DNA from: Eledone cirrhosa
Lineage: Eukaryota
Direction of reading: 5' to 3'
Assembly (NCBI GenBank): GCA_964016885.1
Contig: OZ024743.1
Location: 46,004,001-46,068,000, forward strand
DNA length: 64,000 nt
Made by a program: the position numbers and the translations under genes. This document shows, in pieces, positions 1-12,869 of this stretch. The notes beneath the pieces were generated by a model. It did not search any database. It was not told where the DNA came from and saw only the letters and a program-made list of their open reading frames with translations. How positions within the stretch are numbered: the first letter of the stretch is position 1; the number at the start of each line of letters is the position of its first letter.

Positions 1-194
1 CCCCAACAATATCCTGTCATCATCTAAACACCCAAATCTAGGACCATATGTTTGCGAAACGAACTTTTTATTCATTCAGCCATGCTGCATCTACTCTAGT
101 AATTAAACACAGAAAGGGAAATACTTGTTTGAATGTTTAACAATGTTGTGCTCCGGGGAAACTATGATTAATTATAATCACAGACACACACACG

Positions 195-235
<41 letters not shown>

Positions 236-782
236 GCAATCAATCTACTCATCTGCAATTCTTAAATTATGTATACTTAGAAAAGTATTCCTTTGTATCC
301 ACGATAAAAGAATTATAAAACATATTGTTATTCCTTTCATTATTCAGTAAAATCTACTGTGAACTCTAACATAATCTCAACTACTGAAAAATATTAATTA
401 TGAGAATAATTTTAAATGTTTAATTATATTTCATTTCTTATTCCGTTCACATATGCTGCTTCATTTTCAACTACGTTTGTTTTATCATATAGTTTCCTTT
501 ATGTAACTACGAACAATATATTTCTTACACATCTCTTCACAAACAATTTCCTGAAGCGATCTATCTATTTATGGTATATATTGTTTCTTGACATTTTCAA
601 AAAAATAATAAACTATTAAATTAACCATTAATTAGCAATGGAACTAACACAGCAACATCTACATGGCTGGATATTGACTCATATGCAATATGTTTATGTA
701 TAATAAAGATAAAATTTAAACTCTCTATGAGTACTTTAAACTGTGATTATATCACAGTTACTTCGATATCGGAATAAGTGCC

Positions 783-843
783 GTGTATAGATATATTTCG
801 CAGCCGTAGTCGTTACTGTTCGTCAGCACTCGACTATTTACAC
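783..843 (-). ncRNA. Type I hammerhead ribozyme candidate in a (TA)n-flanked Penelope-type fragment
   Basis: Minus strand reads CTGACGA-acagt...gctgc-GAAA-TATA-TC: intact core, stem II and short palindromic stem III. Stem I is weak (GTGTA/TACAC). Confidence 0.55.
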
Positions 844-925
844 GAAGATGCATATGAACGATGCTTAACATAATCACAGTGAGACTAATTTTATATCTAT
901 TGCCAATAAACATAATGTATATGAT

Positions 926-1054
<129 letters not shown>

Positions 1055-1055
1055 G

Positions 1056-1686
1056 TATATATATAAAATTAAGTATGTGTGTGTGTGTCTGTGTGTCTGT
1101 GATTTACCTATAGGGGCCTACATCTTAAGATCGATTTTCATGAAACTTTACAGACTCATAGATTAGTCATTGAGGAGTGTTTTCTATATATCAGCGTATC
1201 GTTTTTTTTATTCCGGGATCATTCTGCAGATAAAAATCGATAGGGGGGGGGGCACCTTTTTTTAGGTATCGAAAAATAAGCTCTAGCTCCCACATTTTGC
1301 CACCGATTTCGTTCAAATTTTAAAGCAAAATAGAATTTATTATTGCATATCCTGTAATGGCTTTATATTGTGCATTTGTTGTTCAGGGACGGCGTGGCAG
1401 CCGCTTAAATATTCGAAAATACCACCTTTTCGCTCAAATTTCCGCCTTTTTAGCTTTAGCTCCCACATTTTTCAACCGATTTCGTTCAAATTCGAAACTC
1501 CCTCCCCCAGCCTGACCCTTCGTCAGTCACCCACGTTTCTCAGTGATAAAGGTCATCACCACCCTCCCCCGCATGGCCTGTGTGTGGACATAGATGAGTC
1601 ATCGAGAAGCAGTCGCTAAGATCAACACCTTTTCATCAAAGCAGATATTATTTTACCTACCCAGGCAACGCTGGGTACTGCTGCTA

Positions 1687-1687
<1 letters not shown>
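1056..1687 (+). mobile_element. Non-autonomous Helitron-like element
   Basis: 5' TATATATATAAAA followed by a (GT/GTCT)n tract; subterminal hairpin ACCCAG-gcaacg-CTGGGT (1659-1676); 3' CTAG (1684-1687) followed by T. Confidence 0.7.
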
Positions 1688-1748
<61 letters not shown>

Positions 1749-1754
<6 letters not shown>

Positions 1755-2431
1755 CGTAAAATAAGAAAATTATAAAATTAACTTACTTACTAAAATTTCA
1801 CTCCCAACTAATTACTTTCTGAAATGGAATAAATATACTTTCCGAAGAAGATATAGAGAAGCATTTCGTCGTCAGGCAAAGCGAGGACTCTGGAAACTTA
1901 TACAAAAATAATTCAGTGGATAGAAAATAGCAAAGCGTGGACTGAATTCCTAGCCATTGAGAAAATCACTGCCTCTGCGTCGGTGGCAAATTCAAAAAGA
2001 ATCAATCACGTGACATCGAGGTCAATCAGTGGAAAGTGGTTTGTTAATAAGACAGCGGCCTGCCTGCTACCATAGCAGCAGTCTTGGCCAATATTGCTCG
2101 ACAAATAATTTGGAGATAATTATAAAGAATTAATATCTAGTAACATATATATACATACAGATGCATATCAATGCTAGCAAATATATAGGTTTTGTCTTAG
2201 TAACTTTGTGGTTCAATGCATGGGGTTGCAGAACAATAATATGAGAGACGTAAAATAAGAAAATTATAAAATTAACTTACTTACTAAAATTTCACTCCCA
2301 ACTAATTAGTTTCTGAAATGGAATAAATATACTTTCCGAAAAAGATATAGAGAAGCATTTCGTCGTCAGGGAAGACTATTCTCAGCTAAGTATCCAGGCA
2401 AAGCGAGGACTCTGGAAACTTATACAAAAAT
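1749..2431 (-). mobile_element. Small hammerhead-bearing element in partial tandem (period about 494 bp) inside (TA)n
   Basis: Direct repeat starting GAGAGACGTAAAATAAG at 1749 and 2243; flanked by TA repeats; no ORF; contains a hammerhead. Confidence 0.7.
2295..2374 (-). ncRNA. Type I hammerhead ribozyme
   Basis: Minus strand: CTTCC-CTGACGA-cGAAATG...CATTTCa-GAAA-CTAATTAG-TT-GGGAG, with stems I, II and III all pairing. The copy near 1800-1876 is mutated. Confidence 0.75.
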
Positions 2432-2554
2432 ATATATATATACATATATATATATATGCAAGAGTTGTCAACATGAATGGACCTATTATTTTTATCTAAA
2501 GACATTTTTTCCAATTCCAACCCGCCCATCCCCTCAATCTATCTTATTTCTCAT

Positions 2555-2595
2555 TCTTTTTTCTGATGAATGACTAGCGTCCGAAACGTTAAGAC
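2555..2595 (+). ncRNA. Minimal hammerhead motif in a Penelope pseudo-LTR remnant
   Basis: CTGATGA-atgac tagc gtcc-GAAACGTTA at 2563-2591, the typical mini-hammerhead layout of Penelope-like elements; stem II is imperfect. Confidence 0.55.
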
Positions 2596-2866
2596 CCTCT
2601 TCCTGCTATATCAAGCGTTAACTTAATATATCCTTTCTATATACTGTACCAATTGTGTTGTTATTTCCGTTTACCGTTTACATTTTTTTCAACGTTTTAC
2701 CTCGTTTTCAACCGTTCTAAACCTTTTATTCAAGTTTTAAATTTGATAAAAGTTTAGAAGAAGTGACCCACCTAATACAGGGGTTCACTCGTAAATAATA
2801 CGGCATCCCTTTACGGGGTGTCGTATTCGTATTTGTGTAAAAATATTTTTTGGAAAAAATGTCAAC

Positions 2867-4981
2867 ATGGATAACACAAGAAACCGAGAGAGCGCTGTCA
2901 GACAACACAGAGAGAGGGAGACTTTATCAGCATGTCAACAAGACAGCGTTCCAGCGGAGGTAAATATAAACGAAAATATTACAAAGGAAAAGAAGATTGT
3001 TACAGATTTAAAATTAACAAATATTTCTAACACAAACAACACCAACAATAACACCAACAACAATACCAACAACAACACCATCAATAACAACAGCACCAAC
3101 AAAAATAACAGCGGTAAAGTCGAGAACGACAATAACAAAAATAACAGCGGTAAGGTCGAGAACGATAATAACAATGAAAATAAAAACAGCCACAACAACA
3201 ATAATAGTAGAAACAGTATCAACAAAAACAACAATAATAACAACAGCCACAATAACAGTAACAACAGCAACAGTATCAACGAAAACAACAACAACAACAC
3301 CAACAACTGTACCAACGAAAATATCAACAATGACATCGATACCTGTAATAGCGATCTCAGCACCACCAGTAAGACCAGTAGCGGCAGCAATAGTGGTGCT
3401 GCTGAAAAAGGGACCACTTCTTTTTCAGGTGTCGCCCGAAATATCGAGACAATGTTAGTTACAGAGAAGGAGATGGCAGTCGCAAGGGCCATGGTGACAA
3501 GAAGCGCCAATATAATCTCACTGAAACCTCCACCCGATTTTTTCAAGGACCAGCAGCTACGGACGGTGACTTACCGCACCGTAAGCAAAATCACACATCG
3601 GGTGGAGAGAGCCACGGAGGCTCAAATCCAAAAGGCCTTGGGATGCATCTGGGCACGCAAAACCCACATCACCCGAGGCAGAAAGTACGCCACAGTAGAA
3701 TTACTTTTCGCCACCCCCAGGAAGCAAAGTCTCACTCTTTGGAAACCCTAAAGAGTGAGGAGATAGTCTTGGTGCCCTCCTACTGCGGGCAGAAAATTGT
3801 GAGGGTCAAAGTGACCCAGGTCCCACCCGATGTGCCCATACCTTGGCTGGCCGCGTCTGTCCTTGCTGGAATCGAGAACAGGACGACCATGCTGCAAGTA
3901 GAAAAAATAGGGAGAGAGAACTGGTCAGGTATAGGCATGCAAATGCTTATACAAACTGACTAAGAATGTATCGACGCTATCCCCGATATCATAGACATCG
4001 AGGAAGGACTCCAACTCCCTATAAGTGTAGAAGGAAGACGGCCAAAATGTTATCTCTGTGGGTCGAAGGGTCACCTCAGGACCTTTTGCCAGCAGAAGAC
4101 AGCGAAGAAGAAGGCCCCTCTCCTTCCAATACCTGGTCCGCTGCTACCAAGAATAGGGCAGGCAACAAACGCAGAAGCCCCTTCCACGGTGAGTAGGATG
4201 GCAACATCTGTAGCACCCGTACCAAGGCCACGGACAACTAAAGCAGCATCATCAGTGGCGGCAACACCAATAGCTACATTTGAAGTAGCTACACCAGCAA
4301 CAAAATTTCTGAAGAGGGCTCCACTACCACCACCAACAGCCGTGGAGCACATACCCCTCCCAGACGCCACAGAATCCGACATGGAGTTTGAGGCGGGAGT
4401 GAAGTGGCAAACGGTCTGCCACAAAAAAGAAAAAAGAAAAAAACCCTTAGATTCACCCTCCAAAAGCGAAGGCATACAAAGAGGGGTAAAGGCAGCAAGG
4501 AAACTTGCAGCAACACCACCACCATCACCACCACCATCACCACCACCATCACCACCACCATCACCACTGACAACAACAACCACACCACCACCAGCATCAC
4601 CAAAATCACCAACAACGCAAACACAAGACACACACACACCAAACAGCAACAAGAAGAAAACGGCAACAAAATCACCCCTCCCCCAAAAAGTACACAGCCA
4701 TAAACATGGCAAAAAAAGAACTCATACAATATATAAAGCAACACACAGACATCACGGAAAAAAACTACTACACCCCACCAACACCAAGAACTCTCCCGAC
4801 AAACATAAACATCATTGAAATCTCAATAGAACAGTACAAACCTTTAAAACAAAAATTCCCCAACGCAGTTGGAGACTTCAGAGGGTCGGTTACCAAGAGG
4901 ATATACACTGACATCCTCTTGGAAACACCCATGACCAGCGAAAGGGACGGTTCTACTGTCCCTTCAGATCAGGGTAAGTGA
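2867..4981 (+). pseudogene. Tx1-like ORF1 (zinc-knuckle RNA-binding protein), frameshifted
   Basis: Fragments at 2867, 3643, 4189 and 4706 are colinear with ORF1 of copies B and C (VERATEAQIQKALG, LVPSYCGQ, IPWL, VEGRRP). Confidence 0.8.
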
Positions 4982-5012
4982 CCCTTTCTCACTTGCCCCG
5001 TTTCTCATCCAA

Positions 5013-7751
5013 CATGGCCGGACTCAGAATAGGCAGTATAAATGCACGTGGCCTGGGGTCATCTTGGAAGCAGGGTCACCTGCTCAACGACCTCAGGTCA
5101 CTAAACATAGATGCGGTGGCCATCAGTGAGACCAGAATCTCGAAGCACAAGCCTTCGCACCGATCTTCGGCGGCTACGATGTATACGCATCTCCCAGCCG
5201 TCCAGGATCGGGGGGTGGGACTGCCGTCCTTTTTCGGAGAAGCTTGGATCTCGCCATACGGGCCATCTTCCTAGACCCAGAAGGTAAGTCGGTGGTGCTG
5301 GACGTGACCGGCAGCGAAGGCAATGCTTTCAGGCTAGTAGCCGTCTACGCTCCAACAGGGGCAGGACGGCCAGATTTCTTCAGACGTCTAGAGACCTTTC
5401 TTGGAACGTCCCGCTCTTTAGTGTTAGTGGGCGACTGGAACGGTATCTTGGATGCACGTTGGGATTGTGTGGGGCTAGTGGATAGGGAGGAAGGTGCAAG
5501 AGCCTCACCAACCTGCTCAGACGTTTTGAACTGTCTGAACTGTTCGGGAGCAGCGGCGCCCCGGATCGGGGCATGGGCTTCAGTGCATACCTGGACGGAC
5601 TGCCTCGGCTCTCGACGACCGCAGCACAGTGTTGCGAAAAGCCAATAACAGCCGGTGAAATACGGGAAGCGATGGCTAACTGCACAAGGGGTAAATCGCC
5701 AGGTTTGGATGGTCTGCCCTACGAGCTTTATGCATTTATGCCAAACTTGTTCGGTGACCTCTTGGCAGACGTCTACTGCAACTGGCAGCAGAACGGGAGC
5801 ATTCCCAATTTTGTGAGCCGGGGAGCAGTGGCGCAGCTGAGAAAAGATCCGAATAATGGGGATGTTATCGATAATTTCAGGCCCATAACCCTGCTAAACG
5901 CAGAGTTCAAGATTTTGGCCAATGTGTTAGCAACGAGGTTGGCGCCTGTCGTCAAGGGTCTGGTGGGAGAGGCGCAGACATGCGCCATTCCGGACAGATC
6001 CATACACGACAACCTCCACCTCATGCGATACATCATATAGAGGGTGGTTAATGAACCTGGCACGGGTGGGGCCCTGATCAACTTGGATCAATCCAAAGCA
6101 TTCGATAGGGTCGACCATCGGTACCTGGCGGCGGTCCTCGAGGCAGCCGGTTTCGGGCCCGTTTTCAGGGGTTGGATCGCAGCAATGTACAGCGACATCT
6201 GCTCAGTTGTGAGGGTGAACGGTCACCTGTCGCAGCCGTTCAGCATCATGCGCTCAGTCCGCCAGAGTTGTCCCCTCTCGTCTCTCTTGTACGTATTGGC
6301 TCTCGGGCCGTTACTGCACAAACTTGGGGCGATGAGGGGCGTCCCACACGAACTAGGATGCGGGAAATCCGAGTCGGCTTACGCCAACGACGTGACCGTC
6401 GTGGTGACGAGCACCAGACACGTCCAGATGCTCGGCACCGCTCTCAAGGAATACGAAGCGGTGACAGGAGCAAAGATAAACCAGGAAAAGTCGGTGGGCT
6501 TGCAGCTCGGAACCTGAAGAGGCAAGTCCATGCCGTCCGACAGCGTCGTGGGGTGTTGGACGGACGGACCGGTTAAATTGCTCAGGGTCTGGTTCGGACC
6601 GGACCTCCAGATGGAGAAAAACTGGAACGAGGTGACGAGCAAGGTGGCCTCCCTCACCCAGAAATGGGCCGAGAGGAAGCTGTCCCTGAAAGGCCGGGCG
6701 GAGGTGGCGAATACGTACATTGCATCCGTCATCTGCTACCGCCTCACCGTCGTCCCTTGCTCCAGCCCAACTCTCACCAAAATGGAGCGCCTCCTCTTCC
6801 GCTTTTTGTGGAAGAGACGCGCTCCCATGGTCAGACGATCTATCTGCTGTCAACACGCGTTGCGTGGAGGACTGGGCATGCCATGGCTGATGATGCGCAA
6901 ACATGCGCTGAGGCTGCGACATCTCTCGTGCTTCCTTGACGGTGAACAGGTGTGGTCGCCGTTCGCCAGGCACGTTTTCCCACAGCTCGTCTCCTTGACG
7001 GAGCTGCAGTCCTGGGTCGGTCAGAAAAAGACCGAGGGATAGCGCTTGGAAACTGGAATGTCTCCAGACGCTCACTGACCTCTGCCAGCTGGGCACCAGT
7101 ATCGGTGGAACATCCACCTCGGCGTTCTATAGAGGACTAGTGGAGGGGAAGGGCGACGACATTCTCGGAGAGATCCTGGGCGTCGAAGAAGATCAGCTGT
7201 TTGCTCTCTTCCGGAGAACTTTCAGCCCAGGGCCTATAGATAACTTCCAAAAATCCCTGGCCTGGCAGTGCTACCGGGGAGCTCTGCCGGTTCGAGATAA
7301 GCTCTACATGCACGGAAGTGCCGTCAGCCGAGCCTGTCCGAGATGCGCGCAGAGCGACGAAACCGTCGTGCAGGCATTCGTTCAGTACCCGAGCATTGCT
7401 GACTTGTGGAGCTATGTCGAACAGTTGCTGTCGCGTGTAGGACTGATCCGGTTATCGACTGAGTCCATTGTGCAGATGGTCTCGCCGTCTTCTTTTGAGG
7501 AGGAAGGGCAGGCGGTTTTCATCTGCCTTGTGGCCATGGCGAAATAAATTGTGTGGTGGACAAGGTTAAAAGGGTTAAAGACAGACACTTTCCTCTTCGG
7601 CGAATCCCTAATTAACTTTTTCAAGTTTCACTTGAAGAAGAAAATCAGGGTGGAGAGACAAGTGCTGCCTTCTAGCAAGTTTGTTGAAAGGTGAGTGAAT
7701 GTAGCGAGAATGGTCCGAGTGAACGGGACCGCTCTGAATATACGTCTGTAG
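5013..7751 (+). pseudogene. Tx1-like ORF2 (APE endonuclease plus reverse transcriptase), disrupted
   Basis: Multiple stops and frameshifts; YADD mutated to YAND; about 680 bp missing at ~5540 relative to copy C. Confidence 0.88.
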
Positions 7752-8083
7752 TTTGAGAAATGGAAAAATTGAGAGAGGGCGCTTGCCCTGGTGGTCAGGG
7801 TGGCCGTGGTCTTTTGTGTGGTTTTCGCCACGAGTAACCCTCGGAGGTTTCCCCCCTATTGGGGAATTTTTCATTGTTTCAATTTTCATTTTATTGTTTA
7901 TATATATATATGTTTTATGTCTTTTTTCTTTTCTTATATAAATAATAAAAATATTTACACGCACAAAACCCACATCGTACCGTCCTGTACCGTCCTGTGC
8001 CGTCTGTAATGTTTTTCTTAATGTCAGCCCTTGTGGCCAATAAAGAAATCATTATTATTATTATTATTATTATTATTGTTGTT

Positions 8084-8724
8084 CTTTGAGTCTCAGTCAT
8101 TGATGTTAGTTAACTGGAAAGTTTGTTGAAATGAATATCAAGCCACTATCTGCAGCCTCAGATATTCAGGACGTATCGGAGGGTTCTTGCTGTTCCCAGC
8201 AAGCATGCCTTTTGAAGCGTTCCAAAAAGCGTGGCGGGGCCAATTTTCTTTAACCACCCCAGAAAACTATTTGAGATAGTACCTAGTGCGCCTATGACAA
8301 TCGGGACCACTTTGACTTCATGGCAGTTCCAAATCCTTTTTACCTCCCACTTTAAGTCCTGGTATCGGTTAATTTTATCCCTCTCCTTCTCTTGCACTCT
8401 CGTGTCGAATGGGCAGGCCACATCCACAATCAGGCACGATCTTTTATCCTTGTCCAAAACCACCAAGTCAGGTCTATTGTGTTCCAGTTTCTTGTCCGTC
8501 TGTATCCTAAAATCCCACAGCACCTTCACCTGATCGTTTTCTATCACCGACTCTGGCTTATGCTCATACCACTTCTCAGAATGTGGTAAATTGTTTACTT
8601 TGCATAGGTGGATCACCCTGTGGATCACCCTGCCCATCACATCATGTCTCCAGCCCTTATAGTGAGTCTGGGCTAGGTGTTTACACTCGGATACAATGTG
8701 AGCCACAGTCTCCTCTCTCTCTCC
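8084..8724 (-). mobile_element. Dong/R4-clade non-LTR retrotransposon, 5'-truncated (RLE domain only)
   Basis: ORF 8158-8706 contains RHD, RPDLVV..IVDVACP and PIVIGALG (PD-(D/E)xK endonuclease); (TAA)n on both sides. Confidence 0.9.
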
Positions 8725-8744
8725 ATTATTATTATTATTATTAC

Positions 8745-8781
<37 letters not shown>

Positions 8782-9137
8782 TATTAATTAATTAATTAAT
8801 TAAATAACACATTAAAATAACAGATTATTTATATATATATTATCCTTATCGAGCCCGCTTCGGATTTTAGTCTTCACATTTATTATTACTACTATATATA
8901 TATATATATATGTCTGTGTGTGTGTGTGAGAAAAATCCCAGACACTCCATCTCAACTCTACTTTTGAAAAGCAGAACTGCGAAACCGGTAAAGGAACCAA
9001 ATAAATATATATATATTTTTTTAAATAAGACTCCAGTTGCATTTTCGATTTCATCTTTTTTTCTTTATACTTTCACTAGTGTAGGACACCTCGGTTATTT
9101 TTCATTTTGTAAAAAAAACCTCACTTTCTAATATATA

Positions 9138-10852
9138 TTTAGCAGAAGTATATTTAGAAGTTGTAATGGTGCCACGAGGAACCACCTTTGGTAGAGAGAT
9201 ATGATAGGAATATGTACAACGACTTTAGCATGTTTTACATTATTTATTAACAAAGGTTGAGCTGGCATGCCAAGAGAAATAAAACAAATCAATTAAGATT
9301 AAAAGAGAAAATACGGTCGACTGGCTGAGGCGTTTGGCCAGGCCCGTAGTAATGTTTTGTCGTTACATATTGTTTGTGCTTGTGGAGCAAAAGAATAAGT
9401 GGTCTTTACCTTGGCGTCGGCAAGCTGCAAGAGATTGATTCTTCAAATCTTCGCGGGTAATCTCTCCCCTCAGGACGCGTAGGGATACATCCTCTTCTCC
9501 TGGTGCTGATTGGCTGAGCTGAACCAAATCACGCACAGAGAATGTATGTGAGCCCGCGGAATGTAGGTCACTACATCACCTCCGGGCAGATTTTTAGCCG
9601 AAAATCGTTAACGATGAAGCCAAGGACCCACAAGGTACAGTTTACAAAATGTTGAAGCATGTTTCAAAACGAAGCATCGGAAAGAGAAATAGGTTCATGC
9701 ATGCAAGCATTAACACGGAAAAATGTACAGCAATAAATGCAAAATGCATTAAAAAATACCATTCGCAGTAAAGGGGCCCCATATGCGATAAACAAAAAAA
9801 TCGTGCTAGGCAATGAAAATGCCACATGTAGCAAGGTTACAAAAATGCACTGAACAATGAAATGCATTTAAACTTGCAACAGCCGTAATGTTACGTGTTG
9901 AGCCGCTGTGTCAAATGACTAGCTGTTTTGTAGTTTATACGTGACCACCAAAGGTCTAACAGAAAACGGATAAAGTCTGACATGGGCGAAGTTGTCGTTC
10001 TTGCATTAAATGTTAATGGTAAGTGTTGTACCAGTAGCTGTGGACGAAGCTATTATGGCAGTTTACCAGTGCTCGCAAGAAGATTATGGGTAGGCGAGAA
10101 AATGTTGGCCTCCCAGATGTATTGCCGAATGTGCTAGGGAGCCATGAAAAAATGGCTGGTTGCTTTGAAAAGAAAAAAGGAAAGGACAGAGAAATGTGTG
10201 CATATGCAGGCATGTAAAACAGCAAAGAATGTGAATGAACAAAAACCATGAGCAAGCAAACAGGAAAAGAGCACAAAACAAGTAAATGCATTTTACAAAG
10301 AAATATGTGAATGTAACAAACTGATAATTCAAAGTCAATATAAGGGAGCAGAGAAATCAATGCTCAATGATAAGTTCAAAGTTTTTTAAAGTCAAATAGT
10401 TCACACATCACCAGTGTACAGACTTTCTGACACTAGTTCTATCTGAAAACTGAAAAAGAAGTTTGCTAATGCCACTAGGGGTTAGATGTATATTGTTTTT
10501 GAGAGTTTTCGTGGCCATTTTACCGTCCTGCCACCTTGTGTGACATAAGGTTGTGTTGCTTGTTTGCATTGCAGGAAGCCGTATCGAAAGAAAAATGTCT
10601 CCGGGCTATAATTTTGAAAATACAGCCAATTTTTTTTCCTTCCAAGATGTTGTCGTTGGCGAGTTCACAAAAGTTAAACCACGTGTTGTTCCTTTAAAAA
10701 AAAACTACCTCCATTTCTTTTCTTTTCTTACGGTATAGACGATAGAATAAGTGAAAGCGTAGAAGTAAAAAATATGTGTGGTGGTTGCGTCGGTAAGGCT
10801 ATGAAGCTGCCATCTCATTATTCCCTGTTGTTGGTTAGGGGTTAAACAATGT

Positions 10853-10884
<32 letters not shown>

Positions 10885-11835
10885 TTATCGCTGTTGATTG
10901 TAGACAGGACTTGTCGGTAGCCATTCTGAAATTTCCTCGTGGCGAAAAGTTTTTGAAATACTGCTAATCTTTTTTTTTAAAAATATTCTAAAGAAAATTT
11001 GAATAATAAAAAAAATTATTCTCCATGAAGATCACTTGGTGAGAAAATTCCAAGATGGCCGATTGAAAAATGTGCCTGCGACGAAGAAGCCGTCATGTGG
11101 CACGATGTAGTCAATCAGATGGCTGGGACTGTAGAAGACAAGCTGTACGCGGGAAAACAAAATTTTTGAGTCTCCATTTGTAATTTTAACAGAAGGTTGA
11201 AAGCAAAATTCTATATCCAGAGAAATCCTTTTTTTTTTTTCTTTTTTTTTTTTTTTAACAAACTATGCTTGCAAGGCAAGTTGTTCTTAGTCGGTGGTCA
11301 CCAATTTAGCAGATAGTGTATTGTGAAGTAGTAATGTCGCCACGAGGAACCACCTTTGGTAGAGAGATATGATAGGAATATGTACAACGACTTTAGCATG
11401 TTTTACATTATTTATTAACAAAGGTTGAGCTGGCATGCCAAGAGAAATAAAACAAATCAATTAAGATTACAAGAGAAAATACGGTCGACTGGCTGAGGCG
11501 TTTGGCCAGGCCCGTAGTAATGTTTTGTCGTTACATATTGTTTGTGCTTGTGGAGCAAAAGAATAAGTGGTCTTTACCTTGGCGTCGGCAAGCTGCAAGA
11601 GATTGATTCTTCAAATCTTCGCGGGTAATCTCTCCCCTCAGGACGCGTAGGGATACATCCTCTTCTACTGGCGCTGATTGGCTGAGCTGAGCCAAATCAC
11701 GCACAGAGAATGTATGTGAGCCCGCAGAATGTAGGTCACCACAATCCCTCAGGGCGCATAGGGATACATCCTCTTCTCCTGGTGCTGATTGGCTGAGCTG
11801 AGCCAAATCACGCACAGAGAATGTATGTGAGCCCG
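9138..11835 (-). mobile_element. Non-autonomous LTR retroelement (Gypsy-derived)
   Basis: LTRs of ~438 bp at 9138-9575 and 11305-11743, plus a partial LTR duplication to 11835. Minus-strand termini TGT...CTAAA; PBS-like TTGGTGACCACCGA at 11291-11304; purine tract beside 9576. The 1.7-kb interior has no gag/pol ORF. Confidence 0.8.
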
Positions 11836-11887
11836 TATGTATTCAGAATATTAATAAATGGAGACATTCACATAATCAAAATACATG

Positions 11888-11949
11888 TTTTATTATATAC
11901 ACTTCGAAGGCACTGTGGTGTTTTTTCAGTACGTCCTCTTCAGATAAAA
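11888..11949 (-). ncRNA. Type I hammerhead candidate
   Basis: Minus strand: TTTTAT-CTGAAGA-..GTACTG..CAGTGC..-GAAG-TGTATA-TA-ATAAAA; the GAAA core is changed to GAAG. Confidence 0.5.
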
Positions 11950-12045
11950 TACATGAATTGATGTATGACATACCTCAATGGTCTTGATGGTTCAATTCCA
12001 GTATATTCATTGAGTAATCAATGAACCATATTAATCTTTGGTTAT

Positions 12046-12170
<125 letters not shown>

Positions 12171-12869
12171 AAGTTCTATTTAAATTGTTGGGATACAACA
12201 AGCAAATATTTTTATAACTGATATAAAGCACTCAACAATTATTTGGAGTAAACATACGATATTAACAAATGGAAACTATATTTATAAAACCATATTTATT
12301 TTATTATACATATTTCAAGGACACCACATTAAATTATGGTGTGCTTTCATTAGACAAAATACAATATAGATCAGTTTTATAAATAAATATTGACATACCC
12401 TTAAAAAATGCAACCATTACTGTTGGAAGCTCCCGGATAGTGGAGTTGTTTACTTATATTATTATTAGTATTGGATATTTTTATTTTTAAAATAAGTCGT
12501 TGGGTTACAGAGAAAGAAAAAGAAGGAGAGACAGAAAAGGAGAGAAAGAGAGAAAAAAGAAAAAAGAGAGAAAAGAGAGAGAGATACCAAAACAACAGAG
12601 AGAGAAAAATATAGAGATAGAGAGGAGACAGAGAAGGGGAGAGAACGAAAACACTAAGTCGAGAGAACGAAAACACTTGTTGAGTTAACTTAACAATTGA
12701 GATGAAATGAATAAATAAAATTAGAAATGTTAATAATCATGAATGGAATATACATATATAATATGAGAAATTAATCATTGTTTAAATATGATTAGATGTT
12801 TAGTTAATCATTTAAAAATTGAGATTAATATATTAAAAATTGGGATCTATACGTTAAGAAATCCACATA

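Larger units (their letters stand above)
2730..8050 (+). mobile_element. Tx1/L1-group LINE, copy A (decayed, internal deletion; 5' boundary approximate)
   Basis: ORF1 pieces 2867-4981 (Asn-rich N-terminus, CxxCxxxxHxxxC knuckle near 4048-4090). ORF2 pieces: APE motifs (INARG, AISET, VYAP, GDWN), RT motifs (SPGLDG, FRPITLLN, KAFDRV) and a C-terminal CxxC. Ends AATAAAGAAATC(ATT)n. Confidence 0.9.

Noticed and set aside
2935-3546. Leu-rich, membrane-like ORF
   Set aside because: Antisense of the AAC-rich part of Tx1 ORF1.
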